A DNA stretch of 64,000 nucleotides from NCBI GenBank assembly GCA_944380295.1, contig CALWHE010000003.1:96057-160056 (forward strand), read 5' to 3'. The translations under genes and the position numbers were made by a program. The DNA is from an uncultured Christensenellaceae bacterium. Lineage in GTDB: Bacteria > Bacillota > Clostridia > Christensenellales > UBA3700. A model generated the notes under the pieces. It made no database searches. It was not told the DNA's origin and saw only the letters and a list, made by a program, of their open reading frames with translations. How positions within the stretch are numbered: position 1 is the stretch's first letter; the number at the start of each line of letters is the position of its first letter. Below are positions 1 through 7,881 of the stretch, piece after piece.

Positions 1-726
1 CTCCACATGCCCGAAGCAGCGGTTTTTGCCTATCACGTCCGAGATGAACGATTGATAGGAACTGCCCCTCGCCACGCTGCGGCTGACCACGTCCACGGAG
101 CTGTCTTTGCCCAGGAGCTTGACTTTGAAGCGGGTGATGGCTTTGTCCGTGCCGTTAGTGAGCAATTTTTCCCGCACGGTGAATTTGGCGCCCGCCCTAA
201 GAGTGGCGGTGGTGAGCCTGTCCGTGAAAGTCACGCCGCCCAGCTGCGTGCTCTCCATATAAAGGCTCGCGCCCTTTTTCAAAAAAGCCTTGGTCACGGG
301 CGTGAATTCTTTCTTGCCCTCGGGGGCGCCCTCGCCGTAATGCCGCTCTATGTAGCGCACACTGCTGCCTTCTTCCAGATAAAAGGTGTGCACGCCGTCA
401 TGCCGGCTCTCGCCGCAGGTATCGTTGTGAATGCCGCAGCCGGCGATGATGGTCACTTCCGCGCCCTTGCCGATATAAAAATCGTTGTATACCTTGTCCA
501 GCATGTCGCCGGCGGTGAGTATCACCGGAATGTGCACGCTTTTGCCCTTGACGCCCGCTTTGACGATGATGTCTATGCCGTCTTTATCCGTTTTGGGCAC
601 TATCTCCACGTCCTCCGTGCTCGCTCTGCCCAGGCTCTTGCCGTTTTTGCGGATATTGTATGACCCTTCCGGAATGCCGTGCAGGTCGGCTATCTTCATC
701 AAAAGTTCCAGATCCAGTTTTTCCAT
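1..726 (-). CDS. SufB/SufD-family Fe-S cluster assembly protein (N-terminal part; C-terminus runs off the window start)
   Basis: Absent from the ORF track because the window edge truncates it. Manual reverse translation from ATG (726-724) gives MEKLDLELLMKIADLHGIPEGSYNIRKNGKSLG...TIIAGCGIHNDTCGESRHDGVHTFYLEEGSSVRYIERHYGEG...RCFGHVE, open to position 1. Its start abuts the stop (728-730) of the SufC-like gene. The plus-strand ORF 7..663 is its antisense shadow. Confidence 0.75.
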   Translation of the reverse strand, partial: MEKLDLELLMKIADLHGIPEGSYNIRKNGKSLGRASTEDVEIVPKTDKDGIDIIVKAGVKGKSVHIPVILTAGDMLDKVYNDFYIGKGAEVTIIAGCGIHNDTCGESRHDGVHTFYLEEGSSVRYIERHYGEGAPEGKKEFTPVTKAFLKKGASLYMESTQLGGVTFTDRLTTATLRAGAKFTVREKLLTNGTDKAITRFKVKLLGKDSSVDVVSRSVARGSSYQSFISDVIGKNRCFGHVE

Positions 727-727
727 A

Positions 728-1444
728 TCACACCCCCTGGCGCGCGGCGCACAATCCGCCGCGGTTTTCCAAAAGCGGCAGCATTTTTTCGCGGCTGCCC
801 GTGACGGGCGCGCTCTCTTTGTCAAGCAGCACGATGTTGTCCGCTATCTCCATTATCTTGCTCTGGTGGGACACTATCAGCACCGTTTTGCCGCGCAAGG
901 ACTCGAAAAGTTTGGTCAGGTCGGCAAAGCTCCACAGATCTATGCCCGCTTCCGGCTCGTCCAGCAAAAACACATCTCCGCCTTTGGCGATCGCCATGGC
1001 AAGTTCTATGCGCTTAGCCTCTCCGCCGGAAAGACTGCCGTCAAGCTCGCGGTCGATATAGTTGCGGGCGCAAAGCCCCACCCGCGAAAGGTGGTCGCAC
1101 AATTCGGAAAGATTGCTCTGTCTGCCGCAGGCAATGTCCAAAAGTTTTTTGACCGTGATGCCCTTAAAGCGCACGGGTTGCTGAAAAGCGGTGGTAAAGC
1201 CCAAACGCGCGCGCTCGGTCACGGAAAGAGAAGTGATGTCCTCGCCGTTATAAAGTATGCTGCCGGAAGAGGGTTTTTCCAGACCCATGATCAGCTTGAT
1301 CAAGGTGGATTTGCCGCTTCCGTTCTGTCCCGTTATCACCGTGATGGTCCCGTCGGGGAAAGCAAGGTCTATGCCGGAGAGTATCTTCACCGGGCGCTCG
1401 CCTTGCTCTTTTATCTGATAACTTACGTTTTTGAGTTCAAGCAT
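728..1444 (-). CDS. sufC: SufC-like Fe-S assembly ABC ATPase
   Basis: 238 aa. Walker A GQNGSGKST, signature LSGGEAKRIELA, Walker B VFLLDEPEAGID. No permease domain. Translationally coupled to the downstream SufB/D-like gene. Confidence 0.75.
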   Translation of the reverse strand: MLELKNVSYQIKEQGERPVKILSGIDLAFPDGTITVITGQNGSGKSTLIKLIMGLEKPSSGSILYNGEDITSLSVTERARLGFTTAFQQPVRFKGITVKKLLDIACGRQSNLSELCDHLSRVGLCARNYIDRELDGSLSGGEAKRIELAMAIAKGGDVFLLDEPEAGIDLWSFADLTKLFESLRGKTVLIVSHQSKIMEIADNIVLLDKESAPVTGSREKMLPLLENRGGLCAARQGV

Positions 1445-1473
1445 CGATATACCTCTTTATTATCGTCAATCAA

Positions 1474-1502
1474 TATATATAAAGAAAGGCGTGAAAAGTC
1501 AA
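1474..1502 (-). promoter_or_regulatory. Candidate sigma-A promoter of the suf pair
   Basis: On the minus strand: TTGACT (1502-1497), 17-nt spacer, TATATA (1479-1474), about 30 nt upstream of ATG 1444. Confidence 0.45.
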
Positions 1503-1606
1503 GCGTTTTTGTCACAAAAGCAAAAACAGTGGCAAATGCCACAACGGCGCGCAGGCGGCGCAGATAATGCCCGTTTTATGCACTATCAGCATATAGACGC
1601 TAGTAA

Positions 1607-1682
1607 TATGTATATTATATGCACCAACCGGCGAGAAAGCGGGGCGGGGAGCGGAAAGGTGCAGTATGTATATTATATGCAC
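1607..1682. repeat. Two perfect 18-bp direct repeats TATGTATATTATATGCAC (1607-1624 and 1665-1682)
   Basis: Read directly from the sequence. AT-rich boxes 58 bp apart in the divergent suf / sigma intergenic region. Confidence 0.9.
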
Positions 1683-1716
1683 TTTAACTTTTTTCACGCT
1701 TTTTTATCGACATATA

Positions 1717-1745
1717 TTGCATTGGCGGGAAATTGATAGTATAAT
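1717..1745 (+). promoter_or_regulatory. Candidate sigma-A promoter upstream of the sigma/anti-sigma operon
   Basis: TTGCAT (1717-1722), 17-nt spacer, TATAAT (1740-1745). Confidence 0.5.
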
Positions 1746-1801
1746 TTTTTACGGCAGCTTAACAATTTGGCGCCGCTTGATTGTATATAAGGTGTGAGGC
1801 A

Positions 1802-2317
1802 ATGGATATAGGAGGTTTGGTGCGCAGCATACGTGAAGGCGACGAGCAGGCTTTTTCCCGTCTTTACGAACTTACTCGCAGATCGGTATATTACACGGCG
1901 TATTCCGTATGCCGCGATAAGTATGCCGCGGAAACCGTGATGCAGGACACCTTTGTCAAATTTTACGAATGCATCGCCTATGTGGATGAAAAGCACAACC
2001 CTTATTCCTATCTGCTCACCATCGCCCGCAACCTCTCCCTTAACCTGGTCAAGCGCGAGGGCAGGAGAGTCAACGTGGAGCCGGAAAAGGTGGACTACGT
2101 GACGAGCGACACCGATCTGCAACGCGACGACGGACTGGTGGATTATGCCGCCAAGGTGCTCACCGAGCGGGAATTTAGGGTGCTGATGTTGTGCGTGGTG
2201 CACAAATACAAGCGGCGGGAAGTGGGCAAAATGTTGGATATGCCAACGGCAACGGTGACGTGGACATATAATAAGGCGATAAGTAAATTAAAGAAAAAAT
2301 TGGAGGAGGAGCGATGA
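1802..2317 (+). CDS. ECF-type sigma-70 family RNA polymerase sigma factor
   Basis: Region 2 (AFSRLYELTRRSVYYTAYSVCRDKYAAETVMQDTFVKFY) and region 4 HTH (REVGKMLDMPTATVTWTYNKAISKLK). The ORF track starts at TTG 1781, but ATG 1802 has the RBS AAGGTGTGAGG. About 171 aa. Confidence 0.85.
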   Translation: MDIGGLVRSIREGDEQAFSRLYELTRRSVYYTAYSVCRDKYAAETVMQDTFVKFYECIAYVDEKHNPYSYLLTIARNLSLNLVKREGRRVNVEPEKVDYVTSDTDLQRDDGLVDYAAKVLTEREFRVLMLCVVHKYKRREVGKMLDMPTATVTWTYNKAISKLKKKLEEER

Positions 2318-3456
2318 AGCGCAAAGATATTCAGGCAATGTTAGAGCGTGAAGCGGAAAAGCTGGACGGCAGAGAAAGCTTTGAGCGCATCTTGTCGCGC
2401 ACCTCTTCTTTGCAGTCCAAGGCGCGCAGCGGGGACGTTGAGGTGGTCGCGCTCACCCACCGCCGCCGCGACCTTGCCATCGTCTGCATTGCCGCGCTGC
2501 TCATCCTTGTCATTGCGGCAGTCAGCGTGGGCGTGGTGTTCGCCGTGACCGCGGCGCCCTTCGCCGGCATAACTTATATCAGCATCAGCATAAATCCCGC
2601 CGTGTCCATGCAGGTGAACGAGCGCAACAAGGTGGTGTCCGTCACCGCGCTCAACGATGACGCGCAGCTGCTCTTGCTGGGCATGGACCTGGTGGGCATG
2701 GATTACCGCTCCGCGTGTCTGGCGGTGCTGAGCGAGGCGGACAGAGAGCAGTATCTCGCGGACGGCAGGGACGTGAACGCCATCGCGGTGAACGATAACC
2801 ACAGGCGTGAAGAGGAAGTGCGCGTCAATGTGCAGAACACGCTCAACGGATATATCAATGAAAATGCCTTGCCCAACAACGTTTTTGTCAATTATTTCTC
2901 CGGCGAGGCGATAGACTTTGCCAAGCGGAACAACATCTCCGCGGGCAGGGCGCAGCTGCTGCTGGAAGCGGACGCGCTTTCCGACATGAGCGTGAGCGAG
3001 CTTTCGCAGCTGAGTTACGAAGAGCTGCTGCTGATGGTGATGGGCACTTCCGCCGGCGTGAGCGCGGACTTCCGCGAGGAGCTGGAAGAGCGCCTGGACA
3101 GGCTGGAAGAGGAATTTGAGCGCAAGAGCAAGGAGCTGGAAGAAAAGATAGAGGAGATAGAAGACCTCTTTGACGATTCCGACGACTTCGAACACATGAC
3201 CTGGCAGGAGCGCGAGCGCATCAAAAAGGTGCTCAAAAGCATAGTAAACGATCCGGACGTGGGCGTTTATTTCAAAGACGTCATACCTCAAAGCGAAGTG
3301 CAGCTCGACCAAAAAATGCGCGACATGCCCGCCTTTGCCCGCGAGTTGGAAGAATTTGCGGATAATTTGGAAGAGCGTTTCAAAGATCTGGAAGACGATT
3401 TCGAGGACCGCTTGGAGCAGATAAAGGACGAATACAAGCGTTATTCGGACAGATAA
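2314..3456 (+). CDS. Putative membrane anti-sigma factor with an acidic coiled-coil C-terminal region
   Basis: ATGA overlap with the sigma gene. About 55-aa cytoplasmic N-terminus and a single TM (LAIVCIAALLILVIAAVSVGVVFAV). Then a domain starting ISISINPAVSMQVNERNKVV, followed by about 130 aa that are very E/D-rich. Confidence 0.6.
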   Translation: MKRKDIQAMLEREAEKLDGRESFERILSRTSSLQSKARSGDVEVVALTHRRRDLAIVCIAALLILVIAAVSVGVVFAVTAAPFAGITYISISINPAVSMQVNERNKVVSVTALNDDAQLLLLGMDLVGMDYRSACLAVLSEADREQYLADGRDVNAIAVNDNHRREEEVRVNVQNTLNGYINENALPNNVFVNYFSGEAIDFAKRNNISAGRAQLLLEADALSDMSVSELSQLSYEELLLMVMGTSAGVSADFREELEERLDRLEEEFERKSKELEEKIEEIEDLFDDSDDFEHMTWQERERIKKVLKSIVNDPDVGVYFKDVIPQSEVQLDQKMRDMPAFARELEEFADNLEERFKDLEDDFEDRLEQIKDEYKRYSDR

Positions 3457-3486
3457 TCCCCGGCGCAGTTCTCATGACAAAAAGCA

Positions 3487-3516
3487 GCGCTTGCCGCTTT
3501 GCGGCGGCGCTTTTTT
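3487..3516 (+). terminator. Rho-independent terminator after the anti-sigma gene
   Basis: GCGCTTGCCGC-ttt-GCGGCGGCGC stem (one bulge) followed by TTTTTTGTTTT. Confidence 0.65.
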
Positions 3517-3849
3517 GTTTTGCCGCAAGCGGGACGCGGCACATATGCGTTGCCGTTTTATCGCATATGCATTGCACCGCGCGCTTGTCGTGCGCGCGTT
3601 AAAATTCGGCGCGGCGCGTTTATGATTTGCGGCATATATACGCGGTTTTATTGCGTAAGCGTTCGGTTTGCCGCGTGTGCGTGCGGTTTTATGGCGCGGC
3701 GCTTGTCCTGCGCGCGTTTTGCGGCAGGGGCGGGCGGAGCAAAGATAAGCAAAAATAAAGGCGGCGGAAAAATTTTTTTTGCGATTTTTAGCCAAACCGC
3801 GCCGCTTGATTGTATAATGTGCAGAAAACCCCCAAAAGGAGGACGAAAA

Positions 3850-4770
3850 ATGAAGAAAAAAATCATCTTGACGATCGTGACGGCGCTGGTGCTGGCGCTT
3901 TCGCTCACCGCCGTTTTGGCGGCGTGCGGTAAGGAGAAGGGCGATCCCGCCAAGCAGGACGCGCAGGCGCAGCAGGACATCTTTGCTTTGGCGGCGGTGT
4001 CTGCGGGAGAACTCATCGGCGGCAACGGCGTTGCCGCGGCGGCGCTTGCCGGCGGCGATACCGCGGCGATAGCGGCGGAGTTGGACGATTATATGGCGAT
4101 GCTGGATAAGCTGATCGGCGGCGAACACCCCATCACCTCCACGGTGGCGGACAACACAAGCGAGGCTTATGCCGATTATCAAAAAGTGCAGACGGTGACC
4201 GCAGCTTCTCCCGACGGCAGCAGCGAAACTTACGTCATCTACTATAACGAGAGTTTGCAGCCCAATTATGACGATGACGACGATGCGGACGAGCACGAAG
4301 AAAATTACCGCATCGAAGGCGTGATGGTCAACGGCGAAAACGTCTTTGACATAAGCGGATTCAGGCAGGTGGAAACCGAGCGCGACGAAAACGAAGAGTC
4401 TTTGGAATTCACCGCCACCAACAGCGCCAACGGGCTGAGAATGGAATTCGAGTTGGAAAACGAGAGCGAGAAGAACGAAAACGGCATGGAATTCGGCTAT
4501 GAGATCTATGACGGCAGGAGCCGGGTGCGCGCCTTTGAGATAGAGTTCGAAAAGGAGAGCGGCTGGATGGGCGAGGAGACCGAGTTTGAGCTGTTCACCC
4601 ACGAAAACGGCGTGAGCCGCGAATACGAGATAGAGAGCGAAGTGGTCGCCGGCAAGGAACGTATCCGCATCACGCGCAGAGATGGCAGGACGTTTGAGCG
4701 TTATCGCGCCACCCGCAATGCGGACGGCACGTATGCTTACGAATACGCGGGCACGGGCGAAAAGTGGTAA
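3850..4770 (+). CDS. Acidic lipoprotein, function unknown
   Basis: RBS AAAGGAGG, then MKKKIILTIVTALVLALSLTAVLAAC (lipobox LAAC). The mature part is D/E-rich with an alternating beta-like pattern (EFELENE, FEIEFEKE, EYEIESE). The track ORF 3499..4770 is an upstream over-extension. Confidence 0.7.
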   Translation: MKKKIILTIVTALVLALSLTAVLAACGKEKGDPAKQDAQAQQDIFALAAVSAGELIGGNGVAAAALAGGDTAAIAAELDDYMAMLDKLIGGEHPITSTVADNTSEAYADYQKVQTVTAASPDGSSETYVIYYNESLQPNYDDDDDADEHEENYRIEGVMVNGENVFDISGFRQVETERDENEESLEFTATNSANGLRMEFELENESEKNENGMEFGYEIYDGRSRVRAFEIEFEKESGWMGEETEFELFTHENGVSREYEIESEVVAGKERIRITRRDGRTFERYRATRNADGTYAYEYAGTGEKW

Positions 4771-4791
4771 GCGATCGGAGCAAAAGACAAA

Positions 4792-4819
4792 GGGCACGCC
4801 GCCGGCGCGCCCTTTTTTT
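4792..4819 (+). terminator. Rho-independent terminator
   Basis: GGGCACGCC-gcc-GGCGCGCCC followed by TTTTTTT. Confidence 0.75.
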
Positions 4820-4852
4820 AAGCGTAAATCATGCTTTTGGCGCGGCGCGGGC

Positions 4853-4881
4853 TTGAATAAGCGCAAAATTTGTGTTATAAT
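4853..4881 (+). promoter_or_regulatory. Candidate sigma-A promoter of the hexosaminidase gene
   Basis: TTGAAT (4853-4858), 17-nt spacer ending TGT, TATAAT (4876-4881). Confidence 0.55.
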
Positions 4882-4915
4882 GCAGAAGATAAAATAAAAA
4901 AAGGCAGGAAAAATT

Positions 4916-6505
4916 ATGAAACTCATTCCCAGACCGGTGGAATACGCCATCAAAGAAGGCGTGGTGGGGTGGAGCTCTTCCACGCAAGTCACGGGCGATT
5001 TTCCCAAGACCATTGAACAGGCAAAACAGCTGTTGGCGCAAAAGAGCGCCGGCAAGGCAAGCAGGCTGCACTTCACCAAAGACGACGAGCGCATTAAGGA
5101 CCCGGAAGGCTATGCCATCAAGAGCAATAAGGACGTGATACAGGTGCTGGCTTCCACGGAAACGGGCGCTTTTTATGCGCTCATGTCCCTGGAACAGCTG
5201 GGTGAAAGCGGAGAGATGGAATGCTGCTTTGTGCGCGACGACGCGCCTAAATATGCTTACCGTTCCTTCCAGTTGGACTGCTCGCGCCATTTTTGGACGG
5301 TGGAAAAGATAAAGAGCATTTTGCGACTGCTGGCGGCGGTGAAGATGAACACCTTCCATTGGCACCTCTCCGACGACCAGGGCTGGCGCGCGGAGATAAA
5401 AAAATATCCGCTGCTGACGGAAAAGGGCAGTATCCGCAAAAAAACGCAGATAGGTCTGGTGGGATACAGCCGCGGCAACGAGCCTTATGAGGAAAAAGAA
5501 TACGGCAGAGGTCTGTTCTATACGCAGGAACAGATGAAGGAAGTGGTGGCTTACGCCGCAGATCTGCACATCCAGGTGGTGCCGGAGATAGACATGCCCG
5601 GGCACATGGTGGCGGCGATCGCCTGCTATCCGGAGCTGTCCTGCACGGGCGAACCTGCGGAAGTTTCTTCCCGCTGGGGCGTGATGGACAACATCTGCTG
5701 CTGCGGCAAGGAGAATATCTATAACTTTGCCAAAGACGTGATAGACGAGCTGTGCGAGATATTCCCCGCGCCTTACTTCCACATCGGCGGCGACGAAGTG
5801 CCCAAAACGCGCTGGAAGACCTGCCCCGCCTGCCAAGCCAAGATAAAGGAACTGGGACTTAAAGACGAAAACGCCCTGCAAGGTTACTTCAATAACGAAA
5901 TGGCAAAGTATCTGCGCACCAAGGGCAAGCGCATGATCGGCTGGAACGAGGTGCTGGACGCTTCCGACATCATGGACACGGACGTGATCGCGCAATGGTG
6001 GGTATACCGCGGCAGCAAAACGCGCGAACTGGGCTGGCTGGAAAAGGGCGGCAACCTCATCATGTCCATGTGGGGATATGTGTATATGGACCACCCTTAC
6101 AACGTGCGTCCGCTCTCCAAAACTTACAAGATGACCGCGCAGGCGCTGGGTATCAAGGATAAAAAGGGCGTGCTGGGCGTGGAATGCCCGCAGTGGTGCG
6201 AATATATCCGCACGGAAGAAAAGCTGGACTTCCTCTCCTTTGCCCGCATCATCACGGTGGCGGAGGTGGGCTGGACGCCCGACCACAAGATGGATTACAA
6301 GGATTTTGAAGGGCGCCTGGAAGCGCTGCGCTCCTTCTTTGAAAGCCACGGCTGGTATATCCCGCCGCAAAAGGTTTATCGCGGCAAGGCGCGCGATCTT
6401 GCCACGCTCACTTATGCCGGACGCTGGAACATGTGGCGCAAAAACTCCTATTGGGAAGTGGAGTGGACCAAAAAGCACTTTGGCGAAATTATCAAGAAAA
6501 AGTAA
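4916..6505 (+). CDS. Beta-N-acetylhexosaminidase (GH20)
   Basis: 529 aa. GH20 catalytic motifs HWHLSDDQGWR and HIGGDEV. No signal peptide is evident. Confidence 0.9.
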   Translation: MKLIPRPVEYAIKEGVVGWSSSTQVTGDFPKTIEQAKQLLAQKSAGKASRLHFTKDDERIKDPEGYAIKSNKDVIQVLASTETGAFYALMSLEQLGESGEMECCFVRDDAPKYAYRSFQLDCSRHFWTVEKIKSILRLLAAVKMNTFHWHLSDDQGWRAEIKKYPLLTEKGSIRKKTQIGLVGYSRGNEPYEEKEYGRGLFYTQEQMKEVVAYAADLHIQVVPEIDMPGHMVAAIACYPELSCTGEPAEVSSRWGVMDNICCCGKENIYNFAKDVIDELCEIFPAPYFHIGGDEVPKTRWKTCPACQAKIKELGLKDENALQGYFNNEMAKYLRTKGKRMIGWNEVLDASDIMDTDVIAQWWVYRGSKTRELGWLEKGGNLIMSMWGYVYMDHPYNVRPLSKTYKMTAQALGIKDKKGVLGVECPQWCEYIRTEEKLDFLSFARIITVAEVGWTPDHKMDYKDFEGRLEALRSFFESHGWYIPPQKVYRGKARDLATLTYAGRWNMWRKNSYWEVEWTKKHFGEIIKKK

Positions 6506-6518
6506 GGCAGACACAAGC

Positions 6519-6549
6519 AAAAGCCGCGCCGGAAAGCGCGGCTTTTTTG
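6519..6549. terminator. Bidirectional terminator between convergent genes
   Basis: AAAAGCCGCGC-cggaaa-GCGCGGCTTTTTT, with an A-run on one side and a T-run on the other. Confidence 0.8.
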
Positions 6550-6556
6550 CTTGGGC

Positions 6557-7681
6557 TCAACTCTTTTTCCGTCCGCTCAGGTCGGATAAAAACGCGCGTA
6601 TCTGCCGCATCGCCCGCCGGCTCTCTTTGAGCGCCATGGTCACGGCAAAGGCGTGCACGGCAAATCTGCCCTCGCCGTGGAAGTGGGTCACGGGCACGTT
6701 GAGGGCGCGCAGCCTGTCCACCAGATCGAAGGTGAGCAGGGCGAGCTTGTCGTTTTCCGCGGAGATGGCAAAGGTGGGCGGAAAGTTTTCCGTCAGCCAA
6801 TAGATGGGGGATACTTCGCGCTTTTTCTCTTCGCTCAGCTCTTTCAGGGGCGTGCCGCCGCAATATGCCTGCGTGTATATGTCCGCGCGCTTAAAGCCGG
6901 AGCGCAGCACCTCTTCCAGATCGTAAACGCCGCAGTTGAGCACCAGCCCCGCTATCTTCTGCTCCTTGGCGCGCTCGTCCAGGTCGAAGCGCGCGGCATA
7001 TTCCGGATCGGTGGCTATGCAGCCAGCCATGGCGGCAAGGTGCGCGCCCGCCGATTCTCCGCCCACAAACACGGAGGACATGTCTATGTTCAGCTGCTGC
7101 GCGTGCTCGCGCAGCCAGCCCAGAGCGGTATAAATGTTGCGGATCATCTTGGGGTGGGCGTAACGCGGCGCCTCGCCGTAATATATGCTCGCCACAAAAT
7201 ATCCCGCCGCGGCAATGCGCGTGGTGAAAGCCTCGCGCGATTCCGGCCAGCCGCCCATCCAGCCGCCGCCGTGTATGTAAACGAAAACCTTTTCTTTGCC
7301 CGTCTTGGCGGCGCGCAGCGGACGATATATGTTCAGGTAAAGCCGCCTGTCGTTTTCGTCAAAGCGCACATGCCGTTTTTTGCGCACAAATACCGCCGCG
7401 CCCAGGTTGTAAACGGTCAGCATGCCCACGATCTCGTTGCGCAGTCTGCCGCCAAGCGCATAAGTGTATTTGAGGGAAAAGGCTATCTTTTTGCCCAATT
7501 TTTTCGCCCCTGCCTTGGCTTTTGCACCGCTTTGCCGCAAAAGTTCGCGGCGCTCGGCGGCGGCTTTTTTCAGCTCGGCATGAAAGCGCGCCTGCCGGCT
7601 GCGCAGTTGCGCGTATTTTTCCCTGAACGATTTTTCGTCTTGTCCGCGAAGCTTTTTCTTCATACTTTCAGTATAGCACAT
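6557..7681 (-). CDS. Alpha/beta-hydrolase esterase/lipase (HGGG family)
   Basis: Oxyanion motif HGGGW, nucleophile elbow GESAGAHLAA, and a K/R-rich N-terminal ~100-aa extension. The start is uncertain (ATG 7681 or ATG 7663); neither has a good RBS. Confidence 0.8.
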   Translation of the reverse strand: MCYTESMKKKLRGQDEKSFREKYAQLRSRQARFHAELKKAAAERRELLRQSGAKAKAGAKKLGKKIAFSLKYTYALGGRLRNEIVGMLTVYNLGAAVFVRKKRHVRFDENDRRLYLNIYRPLRAAKTGKEKVFVYIHGGGWMGGWPESREAFTTRIAAAGYFVASIYYGEAPRYAHPKMIRNIYTALGWLREHAQQLNIDMSSVFVGGESAGAHLAAMAGCIATDPEYAARFDLDERAKEQKIAGLVLNCGVYDLEEVLRSGFKRADIYTQAYCGGTPLKELSEEKKREVSPIYWLTENFPPTFAISAENDKLALLTFDLVDRLRALNVPVTHFHGEGRFAVHAFAVTMALKESRRAMRQIRAFLSDLSGRKKS

Positions 7682-7852
7682 ATTGTCAAGCCGCGCCGCA
7701 AAAAGAGCGCATATGCGCGCGGAGCGCCCCGTGCAATTGCTCTCGGCGATATGAGTTTAAGCGGGATGGTCGGTTCCCGCCGTCATGGCGATCGGGCGGA
7801 AAAAGTCTGCGGCGGGAGCGCGTTTGTTTTTGCGAAAAAATGTTAATTGTGC

Positions 7853-7881
7853 TTGACTTTTACTTTTCGCGGGCATATGAT
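7853..7881 (+). promoter_or_regulatory. Candidate sigma-A promoter of the 8.1-15.4 kb operon
   Basis: TTGACT (7853-7858), 17-nt spacer, TATGAT (7876-7881). Confidence 0.6.

Noticed and set aside
7-1567. Plus-strand ORFs 7..663, 485..1567 and 660..1061
   Set aside because: They are antisense to the SufB/D-like and SufC-like genes, whose minus-strand translations carry clear family motifs. The plus-strand products are Ala/Gly/His/Arg-rich with no motif.
3472-6520. Very long minus-strand ORFs (3472..5094, 540 aa; 4829..6520, 563 aa) overlapping the lipoprotein and GH20 genes
   Set aside because: Their translations are low-complexity and R/A/G/H-rich with no recognisable motifs. They lie exactly antisense to genes that do have clear family motifs. 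This is typical of stop-codon-poor shadow frames in ~60% GC DNA.
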